From the NCBI GenBank assembly GCA_047602905.1, contig JBLKOP010000004.1, positions 33,990 to 97,989 of the forward strand: a stretch of 64,000 bases of DNA. Reading direction: 5' to 3'. A program made the position numbers and the translations under genes. The DNA is from Candidatus Woesearchaeota archaeon. GTDB lineage: Archaea; Nanobdellota; Nanobdellia; Woesearchaeales; SKIA01. The notes beneath the pieces were generated by a model. It was not told the origin of the DNA. It ran no database searches and worked only from the letters and a program-made list of their open reading frames with translations. Below, in pieces: positions 8,791 through 18,092 of this stretch; position 1 is the first letter of the stretch, and each line of letters opens with the position of its first letter.

Positions 8791-9474
8791 TTATGAGGTG
8801 ATGTTTCCGTAGTTTTCTACGCGTATATTGTTGCTTGGTATGTTGAGTTCTTGTAGGTGTTCATTCATTGCTCGTATAAACGCGTTTGATCCGCACAGGT
8901 ATACTACGGTGTTTTCTGTGAGGTGTTTTTTTATTTCTTGTTTGGTTATTCGCCCGTTTTTTTCTTCCCATTCTTCTCTTGTAAGTGTTGGTTGGTAGGT
9001 GAACCAATTTTTTTGTATCTGGCTGAGTTCTTCGTGGTACAGTAGGTCGTTTGTTGTTTTGTTCGTGTATAGTAGCGTGAATGCTCTTGTGTCGTTTTTT
9101 TGTTGTGCTTCTCGTAGGTAGCTAATACAAGGTGTTATTCCGCTTCCTGCTGCTATGAAGAGGGTGTGTTCTTCTTCTCCTCTCCTAAAGTCTCCAAATG
9201 GTCCTATCATGATGAGTTTGTCTTTTTCTTGTAGTTTGGCGAGTTGCGGGCTTACTGTTCCTTGTTCTTGTACGCGTATAGTTATGTGTATTGTTTCTTC
9301 GTGTGGGCTGCTTGCTATGCTGTAGCTTCTGCGTATGGGTTTGTTGTTATGAGTTGTTTGTAGGTGCACGAATTGTCCTGCTTTGTAGCTGAATCCTTCT
9401 GGTTTGCTTAAGATGAGTGTGTAGGCGTTTATGGTGTCTACTCGGTTCTCTAGGACTTCTACTTCGTATAGCAT
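8791..9474 (-). CDS. FAD/NAD(P)-binding oxidoreductase, ferredoxin-NADP reductase-like (PyrK/FNR fold)
   Basis: RRSYSIASSP (RxYS FAD motif), GSGITP NAD-binding motif. No C-terminal Fe-S Cys cluster. Confidence 0.6.
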   Translation of the reverse strand: MLYEVEVLENRVDTINAYTLILSKPEGFSYKAGQFVHLQTTHNNKPIRRSYSIASSPHEETIHITIRVQEQGTVSPQLAKLQEKDKLIMIGPFGDFRRGEEEHTLFIAAGSGITPCISYLREAQQKNDTRAFTLLYTNKTTNDLLYHEELSQIQKNWFTYQPTLTREEWEEKNGRITKQEIKKHLTENTVVYLCGSNAFIRAMNEHLQELNIPSNNIRVENYGNITS

Positions 9475-9508
9475 GTCTTGTTAGGAGAAGAAGTGCTTTT
9501 TTAAGTCT

Positions 9509-10018
9509 TTATTTTGTTTGTTCTAGCTCATAAAACAGTAAGTATTCGCTCATTATTTGGTATTGTGAGAGTCCGAAGGAGCTGAGGTTGTTTGCTTTTC
9601 TAAATTTAGGCAGCAAGTTGCGCACTCCTGTTTCTTCTAGGTGTTCTATTGTTCTGCACAGCGTTGCTAAGTCACTTACAAGGAGTTTTTCTGGTTGTTT
9701 ATTTGTGTATTCTGTTGTTATTCGCATAATTCTTGTTGGCATCCCGCTTCCATCTATACTTACTAGTTCAGGCATGTGTTCTTGTTTGTAAAATTGTTTT
9801 GCAAAGAGGTTGTAATTATTTATGAATCCTTCAATGTTTTCTTTTTTGAGTTGTTGTGAGTAAAAGTTTAGTTCTTCGTCACTAAGAGTTATTCTTTCTT
9901 GCAAGCGTTGCTTTTTTTTCTCTTTTTCTTGCCTGAGTTTTTCTTGATAAGATATTTTCTTAATTACGTTTACACCTACCTCTTCATCACGTCCCCAAAG
10001 AGTTTGTTGTCCACTCAT
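9509..10018 (-). CDS. Hypothetical protein
   Basis: 169-aa ORF, N-terminal Lys/Glu-rich coiled coil. No recognisable family. Lies in a lower-GC region. Confidence 0.35.
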   Translation of the reverse strand: MSGQQTLWGRDEEVGVNVIKKISYQEKLRQEKEKKKQRLQERITLSDEELNFYSQQLKKENIEGFINNYNLFAKQFYKQEHMPELVSIDGSGMPTRIMRITTEYTNKQPEKLLVSDLATLCRTIEHLEETGVRNLLPKFRKANNLSSFGLSQYQIMSEYLLFYELEQTK

Positions 10019-10204
10019 GCGTGTAGGAAAGAAAACCGTCTATAAAAATTGTTGCTTCTTAAGAGGAGTTATTATTGTTTTTTCAGTGATAACCAAGGAT
10101 TTTCCGATTTTTGGTAAATAAGCGCATACCGTTTCTTGAAATTAGTAAAAGAAGAAATAATTATTGGATAAACTGTTTGTATCATAAACGTTTTTTAATG
10201 AGTT

Positions 10205-10828
10205 GTGTTGTTGTATTGTATGAGTAGTTGGGAAGGGATTCATGCACGAGGAAATCTTGAGATTGAAGTGTTTGGTTTGCGTCTAGTTGTTTTTCGTGAC
10301 ACATTTAATCCGGATTCTAAAAGAACACTTACTTCACAGGCTGTTATTGATGTTATGCCTGAGAGTTTTGCTTCTAAAACAGTCTTAGATATTGGTAGCG
10401 GCAGCGGGGTTTTAGGTATTAAGGCTGCTTCTTTGGGTGCTGAGCATGTTGTATGTACGGATATTGATGATTTGGTGTTAAAAAATATTCATCTAAATTT
10501 TGAAATTAACCTTATCTCCTCAGAAAAGTACACTCTTGTTCGTTCTAATTTGTTCTCTCATGTTTCTGGCTCGTTTGATTATATATTTGCTAATTTGCCT
10601 ATATTAGATGATGAGTGGGAGGGAGTAGATACTGCTAATCTTACTGAGAACTTTTTGTTTGAGGCAAAGAATTTTCTTTCTTCTGACGGAGTTCTCTTAT
10701 TTAGTTGGGCTTCTTTTGGCGATGTCAATCACGTTGAGAGTATCTTAGAGAGGACTTCTTTTACTCGAAAACGACATGAGTTTGTTAGAGATAAAGTTAC
10801 GTATTTTGTTTATGAGTTACGGCTTTGA
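10205..10828 (+). CDS. Class I SAM-dependent methyltransferase (small-domain MTS; HemK/Mtq2/RsmC-like) with NLPI in place of NPPY
   Basis: VLDIGSGSGVLGIKAASLGAEHVVCTDID (motif I plus acidic motif II). FANLPIL at the NPPY position. True start possibly internal Met. Confidence 0.55.
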   Translation: MLLYCMSSWEGIHARGNLEIEVFGLRLVVFRDTFNPDSKRTLTSQAVIDVMPESFASKTVLDIGSGSGVLGIKAASLGAEHVVCTDIDDLVLKNIHLNFEINLISSEKYTLVRSNLFSHVSGSFDYIFANLPILDDEWEGVDTANLTENFLFEAKNFLSSDGVLLFSWASFGDVNHVESILERTSFTRKRHEFVRDKVTYFVYELRL

Positions 10829-11971
10829 TAAAACTACTATTCTGTTTGTTATAGTAAATGCTTGTTGTTGTGTTATTTCTCGTATTTGTTCTTGTATTGA
10901 TTCTTTATTTCGTAAGTAGACATCTAGGTCGTTTTCAAAAAGAAAGCGTAATGCTCTGTAAGTTTCATTGATGTCTGTTGTCAATAAAGTCGCTTTTATA
11001 TCGTATTCTTGATCCGTATATGGTTTGATAAGTTCTTCAAATAATTTATACGTAAACGTGCATGGCTCGCTTTTTAGGTAGTATACGTGTTTTTTTAGTT
11101 TTGCGTAGTCTCCTGTTGGTGCATTGAATACTAGGATAATTTTTCCGTTTGAGGAGAGTTTCTCAAACATACTCTCAAGGACGTGTTTTGGTTCTTGAGT
11201 AAAATAAAATATTGTGTGTGAAGCAAGTATTGTATCAAAGGTTTTTTCTGTTTCAAACTTCTCCCACGAGGAGTCTATAAACTGTACTTGTGTGTTGTTT
11301 GTTTGAAAAAATCCTGCGTTTTTCTCTACTATAGTGTATTCTATGTTTGAAGGTATTGTTATAACGTCTCCAAATCCTGATCCTATTTCCAGAAGAGATT
11401 TTGGTTTGTGCTTAGAAAGAAGTTTTGTTATTTCTTCTCCAAGTATTTCTTTTTCGTTTGTATATCGGCAATATTCTTCAAAAAGTACTTCTGGAAGCCA
11501 GTATGTTCCTTTGGTTATTTGTTTTTCTATCAGGTTTGCTGATGACCACATAAAATTAAAGTAGTCTTTGTAGCTTTCTGCTACGCTGTTATCTTCTATA
11601 AGTATTAGTCGTGGTTGTTCTTGGCTCCAGATAAGGATATTTACTTTGTTTTTGTAGATGTCAATTCCTGCTTCTGTAAGAAGTCCTAGTGGCATGAATT
11701 TGTATTGTGTATACGTGTTTTCATACCTCTTTGCGAGATGTTTATGGTCGTTGTTAAAAAGAAGTTTTGTATAAATCTTTTTTTCTACTCGGTTCTTTAT
11801 GAGTTCGTTAAAAAAAGCGAGTGCTTCTGGTGAGTGAGGGTTTCCTGATCTCGCTCCAAATACTAATACTTCATCTCCTTCTTGTAGCGTTTGATTAATT
11901 GAGTTATAATAATTTTTTACTTCTTCAAATCCTTTATAGACAGTTATTTTTGTTTCTGCATCTTCTTGCAT
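10817..11971 (-). CDS. Two-domain protein: N-terminal unknown domain plus C-terminal class I SAM-dependent methyltransferase
   Basis: C-terminal LLEIGSGFGDVITIPSNIEYTIVEKN (motif I). Convergent 12-nt overlap with 10205..10828. Confidence 0.55.
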   Translation of the reverse strand: MQEDAETKITVYKGFEEVKNYYNSINQTLQEGDEVLVFGARSGNPHSPEALAFFNELIKNRVEKKIYTKLLFNNDHKHLAKRYENTYTQYKFMPLGLLTEAGIDIYKNKVNILIWSQEQPRLILIEDNSVAESYKDYFNFMWSSANLIEKQITKGTYWLPEVLFEEYCRYTNEKEILGEEITKLLSKHKPKSLLEIGSGFGDVITIPSNIEYTIVEKNAGFFQTNNTQVQFIDSSWEKFETEKTFDTILASHTIFYFTQEPKHVLESMFEKLSSNGKIILVFNAPTGDYAKLKKHVYYLKSEPCTFTYKLFEELIKPYTDQEYDIKATLLTTDINETYRALRFLFENDLDVYLRNKESIQEQIREITQQQAFTITNRIVVLSKP

Positions 11972-12025
11972 GTGTTAATTAGTAGTCTGTAGCGTATAAA
12001 AGACTTGCTGCCAGCATTGTTATTT

Positions 12026-12053
12026 TTGCATGCGCAGTATTTCTGCTGCGTGT
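12026..12053. repeat. Left copy of 28-nt perfect direct repeat TTGCATGCGCAGTATTTCTGCTGCGTGT; duplicate of the COG0523 gene 3' end
   Basis: Identical to 13062-13089. On the minus strand it encodes ...HAAEILRMQK*, a copy of the CobW-like C-terminus ...HAAEILRMQQ*. Confidence 0.8.
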
Positions 12054-12091
12054 TTATTGTTCATGTATCGTTATCTAAACGAGTATTTTGT

Positions 12092-12988
12092 TTAGAATTC
12101 ACTGAGTTTGATAAGGAGTTCTAAGTCCGTGTGAAAAGGAACTGGTTTGTATATTTCTTCAATAATAACATGTAGACCTTTACTAAGTTGCTCTACGTTT
12201 ATTTCTTGTTTTATTGCTTGAGGGATAAGAGAAGGTATTTCAAACTTGTTATTGACCTTTTGTATGTCTTCTTTGATAAAGCGTTCAAACCTGTTCGCGC
12301 TCCAAAGCATACTATCATATGCGGCTTGCTGATAGTACATAAAAGATTTGTGAGTAAGATCGTTTGATAATTGCCGTTCTCTTATGTAGTTATCTACTGC
12401 GTAGACAAGCCTTTCTTTAGGACAGTCAATATATAGAGACCACATACCTCTTATTTCAGCAAAAACTGCTGCTTGTATATTTGTATCGTTTGTTCGTAAT
12501 CCGTAAACTTCGTCGAAGCAGCTAACGAAGTGATCGGCTGCATTAATCATTGCTGCTAATTCAAATCCTTCAGGAAGAGTTACTGGTATGAAAGAGAGAA
12601 ATTCTGATTTGTATGGTTTAGTTGTTTGTCCTTGTCCATGAGCTAGTGCTCCTAAGAGCTCTTTAAGAGATTTTCTGCTTATGTTTCCTTTTGGTATTGC
12701 TGGTATAACTTCTTCTGTAAATCGTTGATAATGAAATAGTATTTCAGGATCGCAATTAAAATCATAATCTAAGTCTTCTTCAATATCAATACGTTTAGTA
12801 AACTCTTCTCTTAGTTGTAGTTGTTTTTCCTTGTTGTTTACAAGTCTTGTCAGGTACGTTTCTTTTTGATTAATGAGTTCTAAAAAGTCTTCTCTATGTG
12901 GTTCTTGGAGAAGGATATCTTTGTCTTCTGCGTACGATTGAAGCCAACTATATGAGTTAATACATTGTGAAAAAGCATTTCCAATCAT
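12092..12988 (-). CDS. Hypothetical protein (cargo of putative insertion bounded by 28-nt direct repeats)
   Basis: 298-aa ORF, no recognisable domain. Segment 12054-13061 is more AT-rich and less GT-skewed than its flanks. Confidence 0.45.
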   Translation of the reverse strand: MIGNAFSQCINSYSWLQSYAEDKDILLQEPHREDFLELINQKETYLTRLVNNKEKQLQLREEFTKRIDIEEDLDYDFNCDPEILFHYQRFTEEVIPAIPKGNISRKSLKELLGALAHGQGQTTKPYKSEFLSFIPVTLPEGFELAAMINAADHFVSCFDEVYGLRTNDTNIQAAVFAEIRGMWSLYIDCPKERLVYAVDNYIRERQLSNDLTHKSFMYYQQAAYDSMLWSANRFERFIKEDIQKVNNKFEIPSLIPQAIKQEINVEQLSKGLHVIIEEIYKPVPFHTDLELLIKLSEF

Positions 12989-13055
12989 TTATTATCGTAA
13001 AGTGAAAACAATTTATATTGTTTATGCAAATATAATCAGTTACTTAATCAAATTA

Positions 13056-13967
13056 TTATTGTTGCATGCGCAGTATTTCTGCTGCGTGTGTTCTTAGGTA
13101 TCGTAGTGTATTATTGCGCGGTCTTAGCTTCCAGAGTATCTTGATTGCTTGTGTTGTTGTTATGTTTCCTATGAGTACGATGACTTCTTCTTTGTTACTT
13201 GTTGTTTCTTCGTTGTACAGGCCTGCTGCGTAGTGGAATCGTTTGTTTCCTATGATTCCTTTTGCTCGTGTTATTGTTGGGTTGTTTGCGAGGAGTTTTT
13301 GTAGTTGTTGCGTTGTTGTTCTTGTTCGTATCGTCAGTGAGTTGCTTGCGTGTCGCGTTTTTTGTACGGGTTTTGTGTGCAGCGTTGCTTGCGGGGTTTT
13401 TTGGAGTTGTTTGTAGGTTGGTTTGTTTGTGTATATCTTTGCTTGTTTGTTTATTGTTTGTATTTCTTCTTGTAGTTGTTTCGTGTTTTTTACGAGGTCT
13501 GTTTTGCTTATGATTACTACGCTGCTGTTGCGTATTTGTTGTTTGGTTACTTCTCCTAGTGTTCTTGTTTTTTCGTGTTGTTTGGCGTCTATGACGGTTA
13601 TTATTGCTCTTGTTGGTGTGTTTTGCTCACTTAGGAAGTTGATGAGTGGTTGTGGGTGTGCGAGTCCTGTTGTTTCAATAAACAACACCTCTGGTTTGTG
13701 TTTGGTAATGATTTCTTTGAGTTGTTCTTCTAGTTCGTCTTGTTTGTTGCAGCACACGCAGCCGTTACTGAGTTGTTGTACTGGGTATCCGTATCCTTGT
13801 AGTTCTTCTCCGTCTAGTGCTTTGCTTGCTGTTTCGTTTATGAGTGCTGCTGCTTGCACGTTTTTTGGTATCGTGCTTAGGAGTTTTTTTAGTGTTGTTG
13901 TTTTTCCTGCTCCTAGGTATCCTGTTACGAGTATGAGGTTAGTAGAAGCTTGTTTGTGCTGTTTCAT
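13056..13967 (-). CDS. COG0523 (CobW/ZNG1-like) G3E-family metallochaperone GTPase
   Basis: Walker A LILVTGYLGAGKTT, metal-binding GCVCCN motif, ETTGLAHP switch region. C-terminal domain present. Confidence 0.8.
   Translation of the reverse strand: MKQHKQASTNLILVTGYLGAGKTTTLKKLLSTIPKNVQAAALINETASKALDGEELQGYGYPVQQLSNGCVCCNKQDELEEQLKEIITKHKPEVLFIETTGLAHPQPLINFLSEQNTPTRAIITVIDAKQHEKTRTLGEVTKQQIRNSSVVIISKTDLVKNTKQLQEEIQTINKQAKIYTNKPTYKQLQKTPQATLHTKPVQKTRHASNSLTIRTRTTTQQLQKLLANNPTITRAKGIIGNKRFHYAAGLYNEETTSNKEEVIVLIGNITTTQAIKILWKLRPRNNTLRYLRTHAAEILRMQQ
13062..13089. repeat. Right copy of 28-nt perfect direct repeat; forms the native 3' end of the COG0523 GTPase gene
   Basis: Identical to 12026-12053. 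Encodes the last 9 codons of 13056..13967. Confidence 0.8.
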
Positions 13968-14241
13968 TTTTGTCTTTTGTAAAGTAGTCTAGCCAGAGCA
14001 GTAATATTACGAGGTATGCTATGTCTGGTCGTTGGAGGATGAGTACGGTAAGAAAGAGTATAAGTGCTCCTGCGAATTTTATTTGACACGTTGCGCAGCT
14101 GATTCCGTGGCTTATGAGTACAAATAATCTCCATGCTGTGTATCCTCCTGCTAGTATTACGAGTAGTCCTAGAAACGTTGCTTGTGCGAGTACTAATAGC
14201 AGAGTTAGTGCGATGTATGCTACGAGTTTTATGGTTTTCAT
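13939..14241 (-). CDS. Small 3-TM membrane protein with SHGISCATCQ motif (paralog of 14783..15103)
   Basis: Aligns over its full length with 14783..15103: SHGIS-C-x2-CQ-K...TVL...AY...LWLD...KDK...SFY. Confidence 0.5.
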   Translation of the reverse strand: MKTIKLVAYIALTLLLVLAQATFLGLLVILAGGYTAWRLFVLISHGISCATCQIKFAGALILFLTVLILQRPDIAYLVILLLWLDYFTKDKNETAQTSFY

Positions 14242-14265
14242 GTGTTATTGCGAGTAATTATCAAG

Positions 14266-14721
14266 TTATATATGTTTTGTTTGGTGTTCTGTTGTGCAGC
14301 AAGTTGGTTGGGATGGTTTGTACCAAAGCCTAGTTAGCTTATACGCTGCTAAACTCACTACTAACGCTAGTGATGCTCCTCCATAAGTTGCTAGGTCGTG
14401 TGCGTGCTCGATATCGTTTCTATATGTTTGAATTTCTTCTTGCACGCTTGTTTCTAGAGTTGTAGGGTTTGGGTGCATTTTAAGAAAAGGCATTGTATCA
14501 AGAGTTGGTGTTTGTTGGTAGAGTCCAAGTTGTTTTCCTGTGTTGTACGTAAATCCCACTGCTTTGTGTTCTTGTGCTTTCATAAATGCTCCTACTGTTG
14601 TTCCTGAAAGAACTCCTCCTGCTATTGCAGGAGGAAGGCAAGGACATATTGTTGTGTGAAAAACTACTTGTCCTCCTACAAGCGAAGCGGCCAATTGTAC
14701 TTGTTCTTTTAATGGCTTCAT
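14266..14721 (-). CDS. Cys-motif membrane protein (TICPCLPP and PTCCTTEH motifs), putative metal-binding
   Basis: CPC in first hydrophobic helix, CC near C-terminus. Sandwiched between the two paralogous CxxC mini-proteins and next to the COG0523 GTPase. Confidence 0.4.
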   Translation of the reverse strand: MKPLKEQVQLAASLVGGQVVFHTTICPCLPPAIAGGVLSGTTVGAFMKAQEHKAVGFTYNTGKQLGLYQQTPTLDTMPFLKMHPNPTTLETSVQEEIQTYRNDIEHAHDLATYGGASLALVVSLAAYKLTRLWYKPSQPTCCTTEHQTKHI

Positions 14722-14782
14722 GCGTGCAGAGAAACACGACCTACTTAAAAACCTTATTGATATTGATTATCATTAACTATGT

Positions 14783-15103
14783 TTAGTAGAAAGAAACAAC
14801 CCCTCCTTGGTGCTTATCTTTAGCAACGAAGTCAAGCCAAAGATAAAACACAAAAAAGTACGCTACCTCAACGCGAGAAAACACGAGTACAGTAACAAAA
14901 ACAATACCTGCTCCTAAGAGTTTAAACTGACAAGAAGAACAACTACTTATTCCGTGAGAGAACAAAATACTCGTTCTCCATAACAAAAACAACCCTGCAA
15001 ATAACACAAGAAACGATAAGAAAGACTCAGAAAACAACACCAACCAACAAGTAAGCAACCCATACACAACCACTAATACTTCACGTAACATACCATAAAA
15101 CAT
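14783..15103 (-). CDS. Small 3-TM membrane protein with SHGISSCSSCQ motif (paralog of 13939..14241)
   Basis: See 13939..14241. Its coding strand is T-rich because it sits in an A-rich + strand block. Confidence 0.5.
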   Translation of the reverse strand: MFYGMLREVLVVVYGLLTCWLVLFSESFLSFLVLFAGLFLLWRTSILFSHGISSCSSCQFKLLGAGIVFVTVLVFSRVEVAYFFVFYLWLDFVAKDKHQGGVVSFY

Positions 15104-15168
15104 ACAAAAACAAGTATTTATGTCTTTAGGAGCAGCCTTTAAGAAGAATTACTGCATCACTACAGAAC

Positions 15169-15573
15169 ATGTCACTTACAGAAATACAAGAAGACTTACA
15201 AACACTCTCAGCAAGAGAGCGTTTCATCTACCTTATCGAGTTAGGAGAAGAACTTCCAGAATACCCTGAAGAGTATAAAACAAAGAAGTTTGAAGTACAA
15301 GGCTGCCAATCACATGCATATATTAGAGCAACAACAAACAACAACAAAATCCAATTACAAGGGTTTGCAAACGCAAAAGTCGTTCGCGGATACATCTACA
15401 TACTCTTGCAAGCCCTCAATAACAAATCAGCACAAGAAATTCTTGCAAGCAAACAACAAATAAACTCTTTCATCCAACAAACAGGACTAAACACCACAAC
15501 ACAAACCAGTAGAGCAGACGCGTTTAGCAACCTCTACAACCACATACAACAAGAAGTAAGAAAACTCTCATAA
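15169..15573 (+). CDS. SufE-family sulfur acceptor protein
   Basis: RERFIYLIELGEELPEYPEE...FEVQGCQSHAYI matches SufE, including catalytic Cys in GCQS. Confidence 0.7.
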   Translation: MSLTEIQEDLQTLSARERFIYLIELGEELPEYPEEYKTKKFEVQGCQSHAYIRATTNNNKIQLQGFANAKVVRGYIYILLQALNNKSAQEILASKQQINSFIQQTGLNTTTQTSRADAFSNLYNHIQQEVRKLS

Positions 15574-15606
15574 CGCTTTTAAAGGAGAACGAAGAGTATA
15601 TTCTTT

Positions 15607-17130
15607 GTGAGCAACAAAAAAGTTCTTCTAATCATTCGTGACGGATACGGACAAAGAAAACAAGCAAGTGATAACGCTGAGAAACTCGCACACACACCTT
15701 GTAACGACAAACTTCTACAAACAAGACCGCATTGCTTACTACAAACGTGCGCAGAAGCAGTTGGTCTTCCAAAAAACACTATGGGCGGAAGCGAGGTAGG
15801 TCACGTAACGATAGGAAGTGGAAGAATTATTTGGCAGAACTTAGAGCTTATTAACAGAAGTATCAAGGACAAAAGCTTTTTCTCAAAGCAAGCATTCATT
15901 CAGCTCATCCAGCAAGCAAAGAAAAACAACAAAATAATACATCTAGCAGGCTTACTACAAGATAAAGGAGTGCACGCGCACCAAGAACACCTCTTCGCCC
16001 TTCTACGACTCTGCAAACAACAAGAAGTCCCTAGAGAACAAGTACATATACATATCTTCAGCGACGGAAGAGACAGCCCTCCAAGAAGCCTAGACACATA
16101 CGTACAGCAACTCCAAGAAGTACAAGAAGAAACCCAAGTAGGAGTAATAAAAACACTTATTGGTCGCTACTACGCAATGGACCGAGATACTCGATGGCAA
16201 AGAACAAAACAAGCCTACGACTTACTCACACAAGCAAAGGGCAGCAGGCACGAAACAATACAAGAAGCTATACAAGAAGCAAGAAACGCAGATGAAGATG
16301 ATGAGTTCATAACAGCAAAAGTAATTGGTACCTTCACAGGAATTCAAGACGGCGACGTACTAATCATGTATAATTACCGTACTGATCGCGTTCGTCAACT
16401 CTGCAAAGCACTTCTTCAAGAAGACTTCAACGAGTTTAAAACAACACACCCAGCAATAGACATGGCTGTTATGACTAGCTACTACAATGACATACCTGCA
16501 AGAGTAGCGTTTAGTAACGACATACCAAAGAATACTCTAGGAGAAGTAGTTGCTAACAACAATCTTTCTCAGCTACGTATTTCTGAGACAGAAAAGTATC
16601 CTCACGTAACATTCTTCTTTAATGGACAACAAGAACAGCCCTTTACGCAAGAAAAACGAGTTCTTATCCCTAGCCCTCGAGAAGTCTCTACGTATGACCA
16701 AAAACCAGAGATGTCCATACACGAAATAACAAGCTCACTAGTACAAGAGCTAGACACACAAAAGCACTCGCTTGTCGTAGTTAATTTTGTTAACGCAGAC
16801 ATGGTAGGCCACACAGGAAAACTAGCTGCAGCAATCAAAGCAGTTGAGGCAGTGGATGCTTGTCTACAACAAACTCTTGACGCTGCACTAACAAACAACT
16901 ACGAAGTGCTCGTATTTGCTGATCACGGTAACTGTGAAGAAATGGCTGGCGAGCACCAAACAAGCCACACACTTAACGATGTTGATTGCATCTTAGTAAG
17001 TAATACGCTCACAAACGTTTCTTTACGCAACGGAGGTCTTGCAGACATAGCTCCTACAGCACTTACCTTACTTGGTCTAGAAATCCCCTCTGAGATGACT
17101 GGACAAAGCTTACTAGAGGATATATCATGA
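15607..17130 (+). CDS. gpmI: 2,3-bisphosphoglycerate-independent phosphoglycerate mutase, bacterial/plant GpmI type
   Basis: VLLIIRDGYG...MGGSEVGHVTIGSGRIIWQNL...FSDGRDSPP...DHGNCEEM are GpmI hallmark blocks. GTG start. Not the archaeal ApgM type. Confidence 0.85.
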   Translation: MSNKKVLLIIRDGYGQRKQASDNAEKLAHTPCNDKLLQTRPHCLLQTCAEAVGLPKNTMGGSEVGHVTIGSGRIIWQNLELINRSIKDKSFFSKQAFIQLIQQAKKNNKIIHLAGLLQDKGVHAHQEHLFALLRLCKQQEVPREQVHIHIFSDGRDSPPRSLDTYVQQLQEVQEETQVGVIKTLIGRYYAMDRDTRWQRTKQAYDLLTQAKGSRHETIQEAIQEARNADEDDEFITAKVIGTFTGIQDGDVLIMYNYRTDRVRQLCKALLQEDFNEFKTTHPAIDMAVMTSYYNDIPARVAFSNDIPKNTLGEVVANNNLSQLRISETEKYPHVTFFFNGQQEQPFTQEKRVLIPSPREVSTYDQKPEMSIHEITSSLVQELDTQKHSLVVVNFVNADMVGHTGKLAAAIKAVEAVDACLQQTLDAALTNNYEVLVFADHGNCEEMAGEHQTSHTLNDVDCILVSNTLTNVSLRNGGLADIAPTALTLLGLEIPSEMTGQSLLEDIS

Positions 17131-18053
17131 AAAAATTAACGAAAAAAGATGTTATAGTACCGGCGAGTTGCTTACCTGAAGAACGAGAGCACTACATAAA
17201 AAGATATTTAGCAGCAACAAAGCACACAGGAAATCTGATGTTGTTTGCGGGTGATCAAAAAATTGAGGATCTCAACAAAGATTTTTATGGAGAGGACGCT
17301 CATCCTGATGATAACGACCCAGAGCACTTATTTCGTATAGCAAGCCAAGGAGAGGTTGGTGTTTTTGCTGCTCAGCACGGACTCATTAGTCGCTACGCAG
17401 CTGATTACCCAACCGTTCGTTACCTTGTAAAAATGAATTCCCGAACTAATCTTGTTTCTAAGCAACAAATGGAGCCTGTTAGTCAGTCTCTAGTAGATTT
17501 TCATCACGTTCTCCAACTTATTGAAGGAGGAGTAGATGTTGTTGGTATAGGCTACACAGTGTATTTGGGTAGTGAGCACGAAGCAGTCATGCTCTCAGAA
17601 GCAGGTCGGTTCATTGCTGAAGCTCACCGGCACGGGTTACTCGCTGTTTTGTGGATGTATCCTCGCGGAGAAGCAGTAAAGAACGAGTTTAGTGAGGATC
17701 TTATCGCTGGAGCTGCTGGTGTTGCTTGTAGTCTCGGTGCTGATTTTGTTAAAGTAAACCCTCCTCGTTGTCACAAAGACGGAAGTTTAGATGCTTCTCT
17801 TCTGCAACAAGCAGTTCTTGCTGCTGGCAGAACAGGCGTTATTACTTCTGGAGGAGGAGGTGTTTCTGCAGAAGAATTTTTAGAACGAACAGCGTCTCAG
17901 ATACAGTTTGGTGTTCGTGGAAGCGCTACTGGCCGTAACATTCATCAGCACGACTTAGCAACAGCTACTGCTATGTGCAACGCTCTTAACGCTATTGTTG
18001 TTGATCACGCAACCCTTGCTGAGGCTAAGCAGTTCTTTAAGCAAGCAGATTAA
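17127..18053 (+). CDS. Class I fructose-bisphosphate aldolase, archaeal DhnA/FbaB family
   Basis: Resemblance to DhnA/FbaB-family aldolases, e.g. LWMYPRG and GADFVKVNPP blocks. 4-nt overlap with gpmI. Confidence 0.7.
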   Translation: MKKLTKKDVIVPASCLPEEREHYIKRYLAATKHTGNLMLFAGDQKIEDLNKDFYGEDAHPDDNDPEHLFRIASQGEVGVFAAQHGLISRYAADYPTVRYLVKMNSRTNLVSKQQMEPVSQSLVDFHHVLQLIEGGVDVVGIGYTVYLGSEHEAVMLSEAGRFIAEAHRHGLLAVLWMYPRGEAVKNEFSEDLIAGAAGVACSLGADFVKVNPPRCHKDGSLDASLLQQAVLAAGRTGVITSGGGGVSAEEFLERTASQIQFGVRGSATGRNIHQHDLATATAMCNALNAIVVDHATLAEAKQFFKQAD

Positions 18054-18092
18054 TAAACAAAGACCTGTACAGAGAGTACATATGGTAGGTGA

